The notes beneath the pieces are model-generated. The model was not told the origin of the DNA. It worked only from the letters and a program-made list of their open reading frames with translations, and did not search any database. Source: an uncultured Clostridia bacterium (GTDB lineage: Bacteria > Bacillota > Clostridia > Christensenellales > UBA1242). Taken from it: a stretch of DNA of 64,000 nucleotides. Positions 40,123-51,000 of the stretch are shown piece after piece (positions within the stretch are counted from its first letter, which is position 1; every line of letters begins with the position of its first letter). The stretch is taken from positions 3,753-67,752 of the forward strand of contig CALWEW010000003.1 of NCBI GenBank assembly GCA_944377415.1. Direction: 5' to 3'. The position numbers and the translations under genes are program-made.

Positions 40123-42102
40123 TTGGCAAAAGTTGCAAGAGTTGGTATATTTTTAATGTTGTTGCTGGTCGTTTTTTGCTTTGCTGGATGTAGTTGGTTT
40201 GATAGTGGTGGACTAACCCCTGGAACAGGCGAAGGTGAACAGTCTTTCCCTGATGACCGTTATCAAACGGGCGACAAAGAATATCCAGGCATGGACTGGG
40301 ACTCGTCTGAATACACCGCACAAGATAATGAAGACCGCGCAAGTGCGACTCAGGCTGTTCGTGCAACCTATACACCAGAAGCCTTTGAGACGACTGATGA
40401 TGCAGAGCTTCAAGCTGACCGCGATAAATTTAATAAAAACGCAGCCTTGCAATATGAGATTGTTGCATATTCAATTTTGTATTATTTAGTCGGTAATTAC
40501 GGCTATATTGACGGACAAACGGGCGAAAATTTGAACTATATTTTTTATGCTGACACATCGTATTTAACACATGGAGAACAGCAAAGTGCGACCGTTTCGC
40601 TTCCTGTAATTAAACCTTTTGAGGCGGATGATTTGTATCTTGATGGTCATGATGGTGCTATTGAACACACAATTGCAGGGCTTGCAGGTGAGTATACATA
40701 TGATGCTGTAAGCGATTCTGGAACTTGGAGTGTAGAGCGTGTATATGAAACACAATATAGATGGAATTTTAATCTTGATAGTGAAGTAACATCGAGTTAT
40801 AATCAAAATTTTATCAACGAGTTTTTGCCTTATGTGCAGATTAATTTGATGGAGTATGGTCTCGGGCACGAACTTACTCCTGTCAGTCAACTCATGACAC
40901 TTGCTCCCTCGCAACTTGATGCACTTATTCATGACTATGTCGGTGAAATTGATAAACTTGGAATAATTGCTAATCAAGAGTATTCGGACTTCTTGTATAA
41001 TTACATAATGGATACTATAATTGGCGAGAATGCTCTTTCTCGCGAAGGTATGACATTTGTCTATGATGAGCCGAGCGACACTTATACGATTGCGCTTGAA
41101 CCAGACCCAGATAATCCTGATGCGCCGACAGAAGAAGTAATAACAGTGTACTACGATGTTGATGGTAATCCAGATACTCATTCATTTACTTCAAGTGCTG
41201 CCAACGGTATCTATAAGTATGATTATGAAAATACAGTGCGTGAGATTGCTGATATAATTGCGGGAACTTATGATGCAGGCGGAAATGAGTTAACTCCAGC
41301 AATTTCGGCAGAGTTCCCGACATATACACGACTTGAAATGGTTGATGTTTCGCCAGATTTATTCTATACCGAAGGTGAAGAAGCGGAAGAGGGAATAAAC
41401 AGGCTTAACAACATGCCATACATGGAATATGAGAGCGTAATTATTTATCCTGACGGACAACGCGGGGCAGATGAGAATTTTGAAACTGTTATTGACTATG
41501 ATAACAAAGTTTGGCAGTTTGATTATGTAAACTTTTATGTCGATAGTGTGAGTGATTTAACGCTTGATATTTATTTGAGACTTCATATAGATGGGGCTGA
41601 TTATATTGCACATGTTACACGAATTCAAACTGATGGGGAGCAGGGCTTTGACTACGCGCCGAGTTTTGCGGGTGAAGGCGACAACAACTCCTCAGGTAGT
41701 AGTGACGAGGCTGACGACAGTGATACCTTTTTCCCTGATTATCAGTCTAATGTTGGCTTAACTTATGCTCCGTTATTTTTACCCGACCACACAGATACAC
41801 TTGCCACTGGTATTGAGAATACGAGTGAAGTTTCGTCATACGCGGAAAGTGGCGAGTATAAAAGTTTGTTCGTTGGGAAACTTGGACAGTCTACTGAATA
41901 TGACAAAACGACATTTACGGTTACAAATCACTACGGTGAAGATGTTGAAATTAACTTAACTTTGTGTACAAGTGATGATGATTTTGTTGAGTATATCTTT
42001 GTGCCTGATAAATCACAAGGCGATGACTATGACTACCGCTTTAAGTTTATGATTAAGGACTCATACTGGGGGAGTGTGAGCAGTGAAAGTGAAGGCACAT
42101 AG
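40123..42102 (+). CDS. acidic surface lipoprotein (659 aa), T4SS-associated, unknown fold
   Basis: TTG start 9 nt after AAAGGAG. Signal MAKVARVGIFLMLLLVVFCFAGC, with the lipobox Cys23 at nt 40189-40191. The mature part is rich in Asp/Glu/Tyr/Thr and has no recognisable motif. Confidence 0.75.
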   Translation: MAKVARVGIFLMLLLVVFCFAGCSWFDSGGLTPGTGEGEQSFPDDRYQTGDKEYPGMDWDSSEYTAQDNEDRASATQAVRATYTPEAFETTDDAELQADRDKFNKNAALQYEIVAYSILYYLVGNYGYIDGQTGENLNYIFYADTSYLTHGEQQSATVSLPVIKPFEADDLYLDGHDGAIEHTIAGLAGEYTYDAVSDSGTWSVERVYETQYRWNFNLDSEVTSSYNQNFINEFLPYVQINLMEYGLGHELTPVSQLMTLAPSQLDALIHDYVGEIDKLGIIANQEYSDFLYNYIMDTIIGENALSREGMTFVYDEPSDTYTIALEPDPDNPDAPTEEVITVYYDVDGNPDTHSFTSSAANGIYKYDYENTVREIADIIAGTYDAGGNELTPAISAEFPTYTRLEMVDVSPDLFYTEGEEAEEGINRLNNMPYMEYESVIIYPDGQRGADENFETVIDYDNKVWQFDYVNFYVDSVSDLTLDIYLRLHIDGADYIAHVTRIQTDGEQGFDYAPSFAGEGDNNSSGSSDEADDSDTFFPDYQSNVGLTYAPLFLPDHTDTLATGIENTSEVSSYAESGEYKSLFVGKLGQSTEYDKTTFTVTNHYGEDVEINLTLCTSDDDFVEYIFVPDKSQGDDYDYRFKFMIKDSYWGSVSSESEGT

Positions 42103-42134
42103 ACTAAATATCATTTGCGTAAACGCCGTTCGTA

Positions 42135-42318
42135 AATTAGCAATTAGCAATTAGCAGTCAAGGACAAAATTTCCAGCCACTCATACTGTTTTAATGTATT
42201 TCATATAAGGAAATTTTTAATTACCTAAAATTTAGTTAGTGCTATACTATGATACTTTTTGTGTAGTATTAATAAAAGTAGACCGCACGCAGTGCGCCGA
42301 AATTGCTAATTGCTAATT
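42135..42318. repeat. 18-bp perfect inverted repeat built from the tandem heptad ATTAGCA, arms 148 nt apart
   Basis: AATTAGCAATTAGCAATT at 42135-42152 is the exact reverse complement of 42301-42318. The left arm carries three perfect ATTAGCA heptads (42136-42156) and the right arm carries two. Confidence 0.8.
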
Positions 42319-42390
42319 ATTTTGCAAAAATATTAGAGTGCGCTATTTTTGCAAAATTTCACATTTATTTCACATAGATGCAAAAATCGT

Positions 42391-42419
42391 TTGATTTAAT
42401 ACATTTTATTTGATATAAT
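42391..42419 (+). promoter_or_regulatory. near-consensus sigmaA promoter of the VirB6-like gene
   Basis: TTGATT (42391-42396), a 17-nt spacer, then TATAAT (42414-42419), 45 nt upstream of the start. Confidence 0.5.
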
Positions 42420-42463
42420 TAGGCAAAATATTATAAAAAGTCTTAAAAACAGGAGGAACGAGA

Positions 42464-44920
42464 TTGCAGGGTACATCGATGCTCGGTATTTGGCCGATAG
42501 ATGAAATCATAGATTGGTTTAGTAGCGCATTTACTACATACATTGTTGACCCGATTGTTAACTTTTTCTCGTATGTTTTAGGTGTAATTTTATACGGCTT
42601 GCAAATGGGTTTGTTCTACATAATGGACGCAGTGCAACTCGTTTTCCGTAGGGCTGCTGGACTTGATATCTACTACAATAACGGTGTTGCGGTCGAGGGC
42701 GACTTAACTATTCAATTTTTCCAAAGTTCGACAGTGCAAGCAGTATTCATCTCGATTTTGGTTGCTGCTATATTCTTGTTGTTTATCACAACATTTATTG
42801 CGGTTATTAAGACTGAGTTTGATGAAAAAGACAACGCAAAAGGTCCAATATTTAAAAACGCCTTAAAGGCAATTTTGTATTTTGCAATTGTTCCTGTTGT
42901 TTGTTTCCTAGGTGTTTGGGTCTCGAACATGGTCTTGCGAATGCTCGACGATGCAACATCTCGTGGAGCAGAATCATTTTCGACTCAAGTATTTACTGCT
43001 GCGGCATTCAACGCAAATCGAGCGCGGGACGATGCTGAATTTGCGCAAAATGTCTATAATAATTGTAAATGGATACCGGGAATGGAGTCCATAACTTACA
43101 GTCAAAGCGGTGTCGCGGATTTAATTGACACGGCGTTTCGGTCGGCTTTGCAGCCAACTACTGATGACCACTCTGCGCAGGTAACTATTAATCGCGGGTG
43201 GGATACGACAGTTACATTCTCGTCATTTGATAAAAACAATTATAATCTTGTATTCTACTTTTACGACCCATTAGATTATAACTATATTATAGGTTACATA
43301 TCATCTGTAGCGGTGGTTATGATACTACTAAAACTGCTAATTGGTGTAATACTCCGAATATTTGAATTAACAGTGCTTTTCGTGCTTTCTCCACTTGCGG
43401 TTTCTCTCATGCCGTTAGACGGTGGAGAGAGATACAAGGCTTGGCGTGGGGCGTTTGTAAAACGAACTTTCTCGGCGTATGGACCTATCATCGGTCTTAA
43501 CCTTGTATTTATGGTTCTGACGCTACTTCAAACAGTTCAGTTATTCCCATCTGGAGGGATAAATGACCTTTATAATGCGATTGTTCAGTTAATATTCATA
43601 TTCACGGGACTTGTTGCAATTAACTCGCTTGTAGATTTGGTTACTGACTTAGTTGGACAAGGTAACGCGCTCAAAGAAGGCGAAGGTGCTGCTAAAGATG
43701 TAAAGTCTTTGGGTATGAAGACAACGGGACAATTAGCATCAGCTGGTGCTCGTCCTGCTACATGGACATACGACCGCGTAGCAAACGCTAGAAATAAGCA
43801 CAAAACTAAAAAAGCTGCGGAAGGATTGGCTTACGATGAGAATGGAGAAGTTGATATTGAAAACGGAACAGAGGGACTAAAGGGTGCTGGCTCTGGAGTG
43901 CGTGGCTGGGGAAGAAGACGCGTAGGTTCTGTTACCTCACTCGGTGGCCTCCGTCAAGGTGCTGCTGGAAGTATGGCAGAAGAGTATTCTACTCGTCGCA
44001 AACAATTGCAAAATGCTGAAAAACACCTTAGGGCAGGCGGTGAATATGGTATCAGGGATGAAAATGGAGAGTTTGTAACTGATGCAGATGGAAATTTTGT
44101 TACCAAAGGTGTCAATTATTGGAAGAATACAGGTCATAGCGTGTTAAAAGATTTAGCAAAGAATATTGACTTAGATAAGAAAGTTGAAGATACTAATAAG
44201 GCATTTGGTGCTAATCCAATTAGTGGCGCTGTTAAGAAAGTTTTGGACAATAGGGCTGATAAGAAGAAGTATAAAGATGCAAAAGAAGAAATGGAGATGA
44301 AGTCCCGTATAGAAGAAGAGTTGCGGGGAACTCCAGCACCCCAAAATACGGATACTGATTGGAATAGAAGAAAGGAGAGACTTAAAAAATCTAACGATAA
44401 TAATGGTGGTTTAGGTGATGGGACTGTTGGAAGTGCTTTGACATCCGCGGAAAGTCAAGGTGTGGGTACCGGCCCAGTTGTTGATTTAAGTCAAACAGGA
44501 GAGGTTCCTACTATTTCGGGTGATGTTCCTGCGGGTCAACAACAACCACAAAGCACTGAAACAGCTGGTGTCAACATCGATGGTGGTATCATTGATGAAA
44601 TTAGAAAACCTGTGCAAGTCGAAGTTAGCGAAAATGACGACCGCAATCTTAATGTTAACACACAAAAGGCTGACTTTAAATCACAAAATACTGAAAATAA
44701 AGGGCCTAATGGAGAGCAAAAAGTCAAGGTTGATAACAAAGTTAAGATTGACGATGCTGGTATTCGTCAAGCGGTACAAGATGTTGCAACAAATGTTAAT
44801 AGCACAAAGAAATCTATTGAATCGAAATTAAATGAAATTAAAGCTTCTCTTGAAAAATTAGGCAAGAGCAAAACAGGCAGAATATTTAGAGACAAAAATA
44901 ATGACGAAGGAAAAGAATAA
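42464..44920 (+). CDS. polytopic membrane protein, VirB6/TrbL-like position and topology, with a ~410-aa low-complexity tail
   Basis: AGGAGG lies 6 nt before TTG 42464 (an alternative ATG is at 42479). There are about seven hydrophobic helices in aa 25-400. The remainder is Lys/Glu/Gly/Asn-rich with no helices. Confidence 0.55.
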   Translation: MQGTSMLGIWPIDEIIDWFSSAFTTYIVDPIVNFFSYVLGVILYGLQMGLFYIMDAVQLVFRRAAGLDIYYNNGVAVEGDLTIQFFQSSTVQAVFISILVAAIFLLFITTFIAVIKTEFDEKDNAKGPIFKNALKAILYFAIVPVVCFLGVWVSNMVLRMLDDATSRGAESFSTQVFTAAAFNANRARDDAEFAQNVYNNCKWIPGMESITYSQSGVADLIDTAFRSALQPTTDDHSAQVTINRGWDTTVTFSSFDKNNYNLVFYFYDPLDYNYIIGYISSVAVVMILLKLLIGVILRIFELTVLFVLSPLAVSLMPLDGGERYKAWRGAFVKRTFSAYGPIIGLNLVFMVLTLLQTVQLFPSGGINDLYNAIVQLIFIFTGLVAINSLVDLVTDLVGQGNALKEGEGAAKDVKSLGMKTTGQLASAGARPATWTYDRVANARNKHKTKKAAEGLAYDENGEVDIENGTEGLKGAGSGVRGWGRRRVGSVTSLGGLRQGAAGSMAEEYSTRRKQLQNAEKHLRAGGEYGIRDENGEFVTDADGNFVTKGVNYWKNTGHSVLKDLAKNIDLDKKVEDTNKAFGANPISGAVKKVLDNRADKKKYKDAKEEMEMKSRIEEELRGTPAPQNTDTDWNRRKERLKKSNDNNGGLGDGTVGSALTSAESQGVGTGPVVDLSQTGEVPTISGDVPAGQQQPQSTETAGVNIDGGIIDEIRKPVQVEVSENDDRNLNVNTQKADFKSQNTENKGPNGEQKVKVDNKVKIDDAGIRQAVQDVATNVNSTKKSIESKLNEIKASLEKLGKSKTGRIFRDKNNDEGKE

Positions 44921-44952
44921 TAATTAAGCTAGATAAATAAAGTTTCATATTT

Positions 44953-44996
44953 GAAAGACAAGTGCTTGAAAAGTGCTTGCCTTTCTTTTCGTTTTT
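44953..44996 (+). terminator. probable terminator
   Basis: GAAAGACAAG (44953-44962) pairs with CTTGCCTTTC (44976-44985) with one mismatch, followed by a T-rich tail. Confidence 0.4.
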
Positions 44997-45029
44997 ATCT
45001 AAAAATTTTGAATTTATTTGTCAATCGTT

Positions 45030-45057
45030 TTGAGTTTTTACGCATTTATTATATAAT
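45030..45057 (+). promoter_or_regulatory. candidate sigmaA promoter of the VirB4 gene
   Basis: TTGAGT (45030-45035), a 16-nt spacer, then TATAAT (45052-45057). Confidence 0.35.
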
Positions 45058-45180
45058 TATGTAGAAACTAGTCTTTGTGGAGTTTGCTTTGCTTTGCCTT
45101 TATTTTGAATCTGGAATATCGAAAAATTTAAGATTTAGAAATGGCAGAGTATAAAACAATTAAGGGAGTAAAATTAAACT

Positions 45181-47913
45181 ATGAGCGTTAAATATATTCC
45201 GCGTAGAACAAAAGTTAAAATGGAGTTTTGGAAAGGTATTACTATTGCTGATATTGTTTTTATCGCAATAGGTATTGCTGTTTTGTTGCTCCTTATATTT
45301 AGTCAAGGTATCTCTACCGACTTAAAAATCTATTTAAGTGTTGCTTGGGTAGCTATAATTGGTTCGCTATTTTTACCCATTGCAGATAACAAGCGCCTTT
45401 ATGCAACGCTTGGTATATTATTCAAATTTTTTGCCTATAAGAAAAAATACTCAAAGCACCCGATGCGTGGGCATGTTGATATTGGTGAGATTATTCCTTA
45501 TAAAGCGATTGCGAATGATATGATTGACTTTAAGGAATATTTTGCAGCCGCTCTTGAAATAAGGCCAATTGAGTTTGGATTATTAAATAGCGAAAAACAG
45601 GAAGGTGTAATTCGTACTGTAGCAAACGCTTTGCGATTAGTTGCTGTTGGACAGCAGGTTAGTATTATAAAATCTTCTAAACCTATGGTTATGGATGGAT
45701 ATATTTATAACGAAGACCGCAAGTTTGACTCGGTAATTGAGTTGTCAAGTGATGGCGAAATGACCGAGGACGAAGTAAATGCCCGTAGCGAAATTTTCGA
45801 AGCGCGTATGCAGCACTTGCGCGACCTTGCGAATATGGAAAAAACCTTCATGGACCATTTCTACATTGTGGTATACGACAAAGACCGTGAAGGATTGCGA
45901 ACGACCATAGAAGGTATGGTAAGCGAATTGGCTAAGGGTATAGTGCCTCTTATGTCGTGGAGATTAAAAGACAATGACCTTGCTATTTTCCTAAAATCAA
46001 CTTTTGGCGAAGATTTTAATGAGTCCGAACTAGGACTTCACTCAATTGCTGAATATGCTGATTGGACAATTCCCGAAGAGGTTGTGTTTAAAACGAGTAA
46101 AACAATTATTGATGGACAAGCGTACACCAACTTTTCAATTACAGACTATCCCGTGTCAGTGCCAAATGCGTGGGCATGGCCGTTCTTTAATTTAGGTAGC
46201 ACAAAGGTAGTTGTCAACCTTACTCCTTTGCAAAAAGACAAATCCGAACGCACAATCGACCGTTCAATCGTCGAACTTGAAGGGCGTATGCGTTCAACAT
46301 TTAAGTCTAGTAAACAAATTGATTTGCAGGCACAACATGAAACATTGACTGACTTGCTTAGTGACTTAAAAATCGGTAATGAAGACCTTTTTGATGTGCA
46401 TATCAACATTATGTGTGCCGAGAGTGTAAAAAAGGAAGTTCGTGCAATATTAAAGCAAAACGGCTTTAAATATAGTGAAATGTTCGGTAGGCAAGTAGAG
46501 GCATTTATTAATACAAATATTAGTAGAATAGACAATAACATAGAGAGCAGCCGTAATATTCAAACAACTTCAATTGCAGCGATGTTTCCATTTATTTCGA
46601 ACACCCTACAAGATAGTAAAGGGTTCTATGTAGGCTATAACTCGTATCCTGTTTTTGTTGACTTTTTCGTCAACATGGACAAAGACAACCCACTGCATGA
46701 CGAGCGCGTAAACGCGAACATGATTGTTATAGGTAAGTCTGGTTCGGGTAAGTCGTACGCAACAAAGACACTGCTTGCAAATCTTGCCGCCGATAATACG
46801 CGTATATTTATTCTTGACCCCGAAAAAGAATATACTGACTTAACTAAAAATTTGCATGGAAAGTATATTGATGTAGGTAGTTCGGTACATGGAATTTTGA
46901 ATCCCTTCCATGTAATGACGAATTTATCTGATGATGACGAAGAAGAAATCGTAATCACTGGTGAGGAAACAGAAGAGGAACTTGTTGAAATTGAGCGCAA
47001 AAAAGCGCTAGCCGCTAAAAAGTCTACGGACTCGTTCAACATGCACTTGCAGTTTTTGGAAGAGTATTTTCGTATTATTTTTGACGGCATGAGCGGTGAT
47101 GCGTTTGAGATTTTGAACTCGCTTGTTGTGCAAATTTACAATGATAAGCGCATCGATAGTTCGACAGATTTGTCTACTTTAAATCCCGAAGATTATCCGA
47201 TTTTTGATGACCTTTATAATTTGATAAATAAACGAATTGAAGCCGAAACTGACGAATACATTAGGCGTAATTTGCAAATTTTGCAGGTGTATGTTCAAAA
47301 ATTCGCAACAGGTGGGCGCAACTCAAAGTTGTGGAATGGCCCGACGAGCATTGAAACCGATGAAAACCTTGTCTGCTTTAACTTCCAGTCGCTTCTTTCT
47401 AACCGTAACATGACTGTTGCAAGTGCACAAATGTTACTTGTATTTAAATATCTTGACAACGAGATTTTAAAGAACAAGGACTTTAACGAAAAGTATAAGA
47501 CGAACCGAAAAATAATTGTAACGGTTGATGAGGCACACTTGTTCATTAACCCGAAATATCCCGTTGCCCTTGAATTTATGGCGCAAATGGCTAAGCGTAT
47601 TCGTAAATATAATGGTATGCAAATTGTAATTACGCAGAATATTAAGGACTTTGTCGGTAGTAAAGATATTGAGCGTCAGGCGAGTGCGGTTATTAACGCG
47701 AGTCAGTATTCGATGATTTTCTCGCTTTCGCCAAACGACATGACCGACCTTGTAAACTTGTACCGCAACGCTGGTGAGATTAACAAGGACGAACAAGATA
47801 CAATCGTTACTGCTGGTCGTGGTCAGTGTTTCTTCATTGCGAGTCCGTATAGCCGTACTACATTCATTATTGAAGCAAATCCAGCAATTAAGAAGATAGC
47901 AGGATTAAAATAG
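45181..47913 (+). CDS. VirB4-family T4SS ATPase with an N-terminal VirB3-like two-TM extension
   Basis: Two TM helices in the first 70 aa. Walker A IGKSGSGKSYATKT (GKSGSGKS is nt 46732-46755). Walker B IIVTVDEAHLF. The segment QIVITQNIKDF is present. The 910-aa size is typical of VirB4/TraE/PrgJ-class proteins. Confidence 0.9.
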   Translation: MSVKYIPRRTKVKMEFWKGITIADIVFIAIGIAVLLLLIFSQGISTDLKIYLSVAWVAIIGSLFLPIADNKRLYATLGILFKFFAYKKKYSKHPMRGHVDIGEIIPYKAIANDMIDFKEYFAAALEIRPIEFGLLNSEKQEGVIRTVANALRLVAVGQQVSIIKSSKPMVMDGYIYNEDRKFDSVIELSSDGEMTEDEVNARSEIFEARMQHLRDLANMEKTFMDHFYIVVYDKDREGLRTTIEGMVSELAKGIVPLMSWRLKDNDLAIFLKSTFGEDFNESELGLHSIAEYADWTIPEEVVFKTSKTIIDGQAYTNFSITDYPVSVPNAWAWPFFNLGSTKVVVNLTPLQKDKSERTIDRSIVELEGRMRSTFKSSKQIDLQAQHETLTDLLSDLKIGNEDLFDVHINIMCAESVKKEVRAILKQNGFKYSEMFGRQVEAFINTNISRIDNNIESSRNIQTTSIAAMFPFISNTLQDSKGFYVGYNSYPVFVDFFVNMDKDNPLHDERVNANMIVIGKSGSGKSYATKTLLANLAADNTRIFILDPEKEYTDLTKNLHGKYIDVGSSVHGILNPFHVMTNLSDDDEEEIVITGEETEEELVEIERKKALAAKKSTDSFNMHLQFLEEYFRIIFDGMSGDAFEILNSLVVQIYNDKRIDSSTDLSTLNPEDYPIFDDLYNLINKRIEAETDEYIRRNLQILQVYVQKFATGGRNSKLWNGPTSIETDENLVCFNFQSLLSNRNMTVASAQMLLVFKYLDNEILKNKDFNEKYKTNRKIIVTVDEAHLFINPKYPVALEFMAQMAKRIRKYNGMQIVITQNIKDFVGSKDIERQASAVINASQYSMIFSLSPNDMTDLVNLYRNAGEINKDEQDTIVTAGRGQCFFIASPYSRTTFIIEANPAIKKIAGLK

Positions 47914-47919
47914 CAATTC

Positions 47920-47946
47920 ACAGCGCGTTTATCACGCTGTTTTTTG
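47920..47946 (+). terminator. rho-independent terminator
   Basis: ACAGCG (47920-47925) pairs with CGCTGT (47935-47940) across a 9-nt loop, followed by TTTTT. Confidence 0.65.
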
Positions 47947-47981
47947 CATTTTTCATGCACGCATTTTTTTGAAAAAGCATA

Positions 47982-48010
47982 TTGATTTTTTAATTGAAGT
48001 GTGGTATAAT
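47982..48010 (+). promoter_or_regulatory. near-consensus extended -10 sigmaA promoter
   Basis: TTGATT (47982-47987), a 17-nt spacer ending in TGG, then TATAAT (48005-48010). Confidence 0.5.
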
Positions 48011-48054
48011 ATGCGTAAACAGAAAGAAATAATGAAGAAATTTAGAGGTAAGGT

Positions 48055-51000
48055 ATGAGTGGAAATAAAGAATCAGACAAAATGAAGTTGAGAAGTGAGC
48101 TCGGTAAAAAGGCTTTTTGGTTTTCAAAGAAAAAGTACTTTAACCGCGGGCTTTTAGACTTTTTCCCTAATTCAAAGGGACGCTATGTTGAAAATCTTGC
48201 AGGTGTAATCGGCACTGATTACTATGGCGAAAAATTTGCAGAGGCGCAAACTGTAGTTAATTTTGATGGCAGCTTTGAAGATGCTCAAGTTAGAAATTAC
48301 GCAAATAACACACGAGAGAGAGTTCCTTTCTCGCTTTTGGCTAATGGGTACAATTCAAAAGCGCTTTTAGGTAAATTGCGTGATATGGAATTAAACCAAA
48401 GTGCAACAAAGGCGCGTATTGAATCTATTACAGGGCGTAATCTTGATACTCCATACACTGACGAATGGGCGCTTCTTTCTCTTGAAGAACCTGTGATTAC
48501 TCCTGACGAGTTTAAGAAAGTGGCATCTGCCGAGATGTTTATTCAAAATCCCGTTATCGCAGAGGTTTCTGACAAGAGTCCTTTTGAATTTGACTCAAGT
48601 GATACAAGCGCGACATCGTTTGCTCCGCCTAAAATTGGTTCGCTAAATATTAACAGACTGCCTCACATGACAAATATTGAAAACTTTGACAGAGTGGTTA
48701 AGCGTGTTGCTGACGGTGCAGGAATTGACATTATTGCGAGCGATATTAAAAAAGACGGCGTAGAAGTTACAAAGCGCAAGTTTTACAGTTCGCTTCGTAC
48801 TATAAAAAACTTTGTGAAGAAGTCTACAAATAGGCGTGTTTCGGGCTTGCCAAATAACTATGTTTTAAAATACTCTAATGCAAATACGCAGAGTGAGCAA
48901 CTTTATATGGTATTGAAGTCAGTTTCAGAGTTGTCTGTTCGTCCTAATATTGAGCGTACGGCAGAACTTTGCGGAACTGCAAGCAATTTACCTTCGAAAG
49001 AAGAGTTTGAAACTCATCGTAATGCTATTGAGCGTGCTAGTGCGTGTCTCGTTGCTAGTGATGTTGTGAGGATGTTGGGGTTAAGCAAAGACGATGCTCA
49101 AGTATTTAGCGATTTCTTTACTGTGGAGGCTATTCGTAACATTAGTACACTTCCGCGCGACAGCGAAACAATTATGCCACTTATTGCAGACTACTATGCT
49201 GAAAGCATAAATAGTTTTGCGCAAGATTTCAATTTAAGTATTGCAGACCTTGCTACTGCAAAAGGTGTTCCTGCAAATGTTGCTGGGCAAGCGGTTAATT
49301 TGGGTGCGATTTTGTACGCTAAATACATTCCGCAAATGACAAATACTCTCGGCGTTCGTTCGGGACTTCGTGTAAAGCCTGAAGAACTTGACTTTCTAAT
49401 TTTTAACCTTCCTAAATTAGAAATGGAGAGTACTGCAACTCCTCCAGCTCAGACTAAGACTATACCAGCCCTTCCTCCAGAGAGTGAGTTAAATAAAGAT
49501 AAAAAGCAAGAGCAAGGAGAGAGAAGACCTGTTCCTATTGCTCCTAAGTTGCTTAATAGAACTGAGAACACACTTTATGGTGAGAAACTTGCTACTGAAA
49601 CATATGATAATGGCGACAGTAAATTCTATGTTAACGGTAAACTTTGTGAAGATTCTGTTGATTATGGTTTAATTCTTGATTTAGTTTATGCGGCAAACAA
49701 TAGAGAAAGAATTGAGGCAATCCCTCAACGCAAACCAGATGCAGCAATGCAAATTATGAAAGATAAAAATACTGGTGAAGAATATTGTTATGTTGATGGC
49801 CATGTGTCGACAAGGAATACACTAAATCATTACAACACAATTGACGAATTTTATCAAGTAAATGGCGTGTACTGTTCAGAAGCGGAATATCGACTTTATA
49901 AGACATTTTGCACTCAATTTACAGCAACAGCAGGTAAGGTTGGAGAAAGTAGTAATCAATTTAATCCTAATGGTTCAGGACAGCCTATAGTTCGTGATGC
50001 TGAATTTGAAGTATTGTCTGGTGAAAGCGGAGATTCTGCTGGTAAAGTTGGCAATGGGTCAAATAAAGGACAAACTAAGGGTGGAGAGAATATAGACGGC
50101 TTTGACAATTTGACGAATCTCATTAATTCTGTAAACGAATCAGAAAGTGAAGCAGTTACTTTGGTTACGCCAAAGGGTAGTACTGCGGAAAGTGAAAGCG
50201 CAAAAGTTCCTAGTAAGCAGGGCGAGATGTTTGGAGATATATTAGAACATGTGGCAAAAGCAAGAGGACATAAAGAAGATTATGTAAGAAAGCTCGAAGG
50301 GCAAGTTGATGCAAAGTCTCAGGATAAGGCTAAGACTGACAATGAGGTTTTGGAAAGTATTTACGACCCAGAAAAAGAGCAGAACTTAGTAGAAATTGCT
50401 AAAACAATGGAAAGATATGGACTAGGACAACAGACGGTCGAACAAGATAAAATAAAAGTTTCTGTTGACCCTGACCTTCTTGCTAGGATTGAACAATTTA
50501 CTAGCGAACACCCTAGATTTAAAGGATATTTTGTAGAACCTGAAGACTATAATGAAATTAGATTAAAACGCCTTTCGGCCCCCTTTAATAAGAGTGGTCC
50601 CGCGCGCGAGGAAGAAGTTTACGAACCTGAGAGTAGAGAAGATGCAAACAGTCATCTCGGGGGCGGAAATGCTGACGAAAAGGTAGCACAAGACATAGCA
50701 AGAAGCGCATCAACCAGACAAACAAGCCTTGAAACCTTTGGAATGGAAAATGGCGGATATGATGCATTTGCTGACGAAGTGCAAAGTGCTAGCGTAGGCG
50801 CTGAAAAGAAAGCAGAGAAAGAGTCAAAAGTTTGGAACGAAAACCCGACTTTGCCTACTAAAAAAGTAGAGAAAAAGCCGAGCGACGACAAGTGTCCTTC
50901 GAGCGTAAAGCAAAAATGTTACGAGTTGGTGGTTGATGCTTTAAGTAGTTTTGCATATGACCGTCAGCAAGAAAGTTTAGCAAATAAGGCAGAGGCAGAA

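Noticed and set aside
39795-40452. Overlapping ORFs on both strands across the GC-rich spacer and the lipoprotein gene start (39795-40091+, 39869-40072+, 39872-40084-, 40115-40375-, 40213-40452-)
   Set aside because: They are mutually exclusive, Arg/Pro/Cys-rich and lack ribosome-binding sites. The region is better explained as structured non-coding DNA plus the lipoprotein frame.
40564-41181. 205-aa antisense ORF inside the lipoprotein gene
   Set aside because: The translation is Ile/Cys/Arg-rich and implausible. The sense frame has a lipoprotein signal, a ribosome-binding site and a full 659-aa length.
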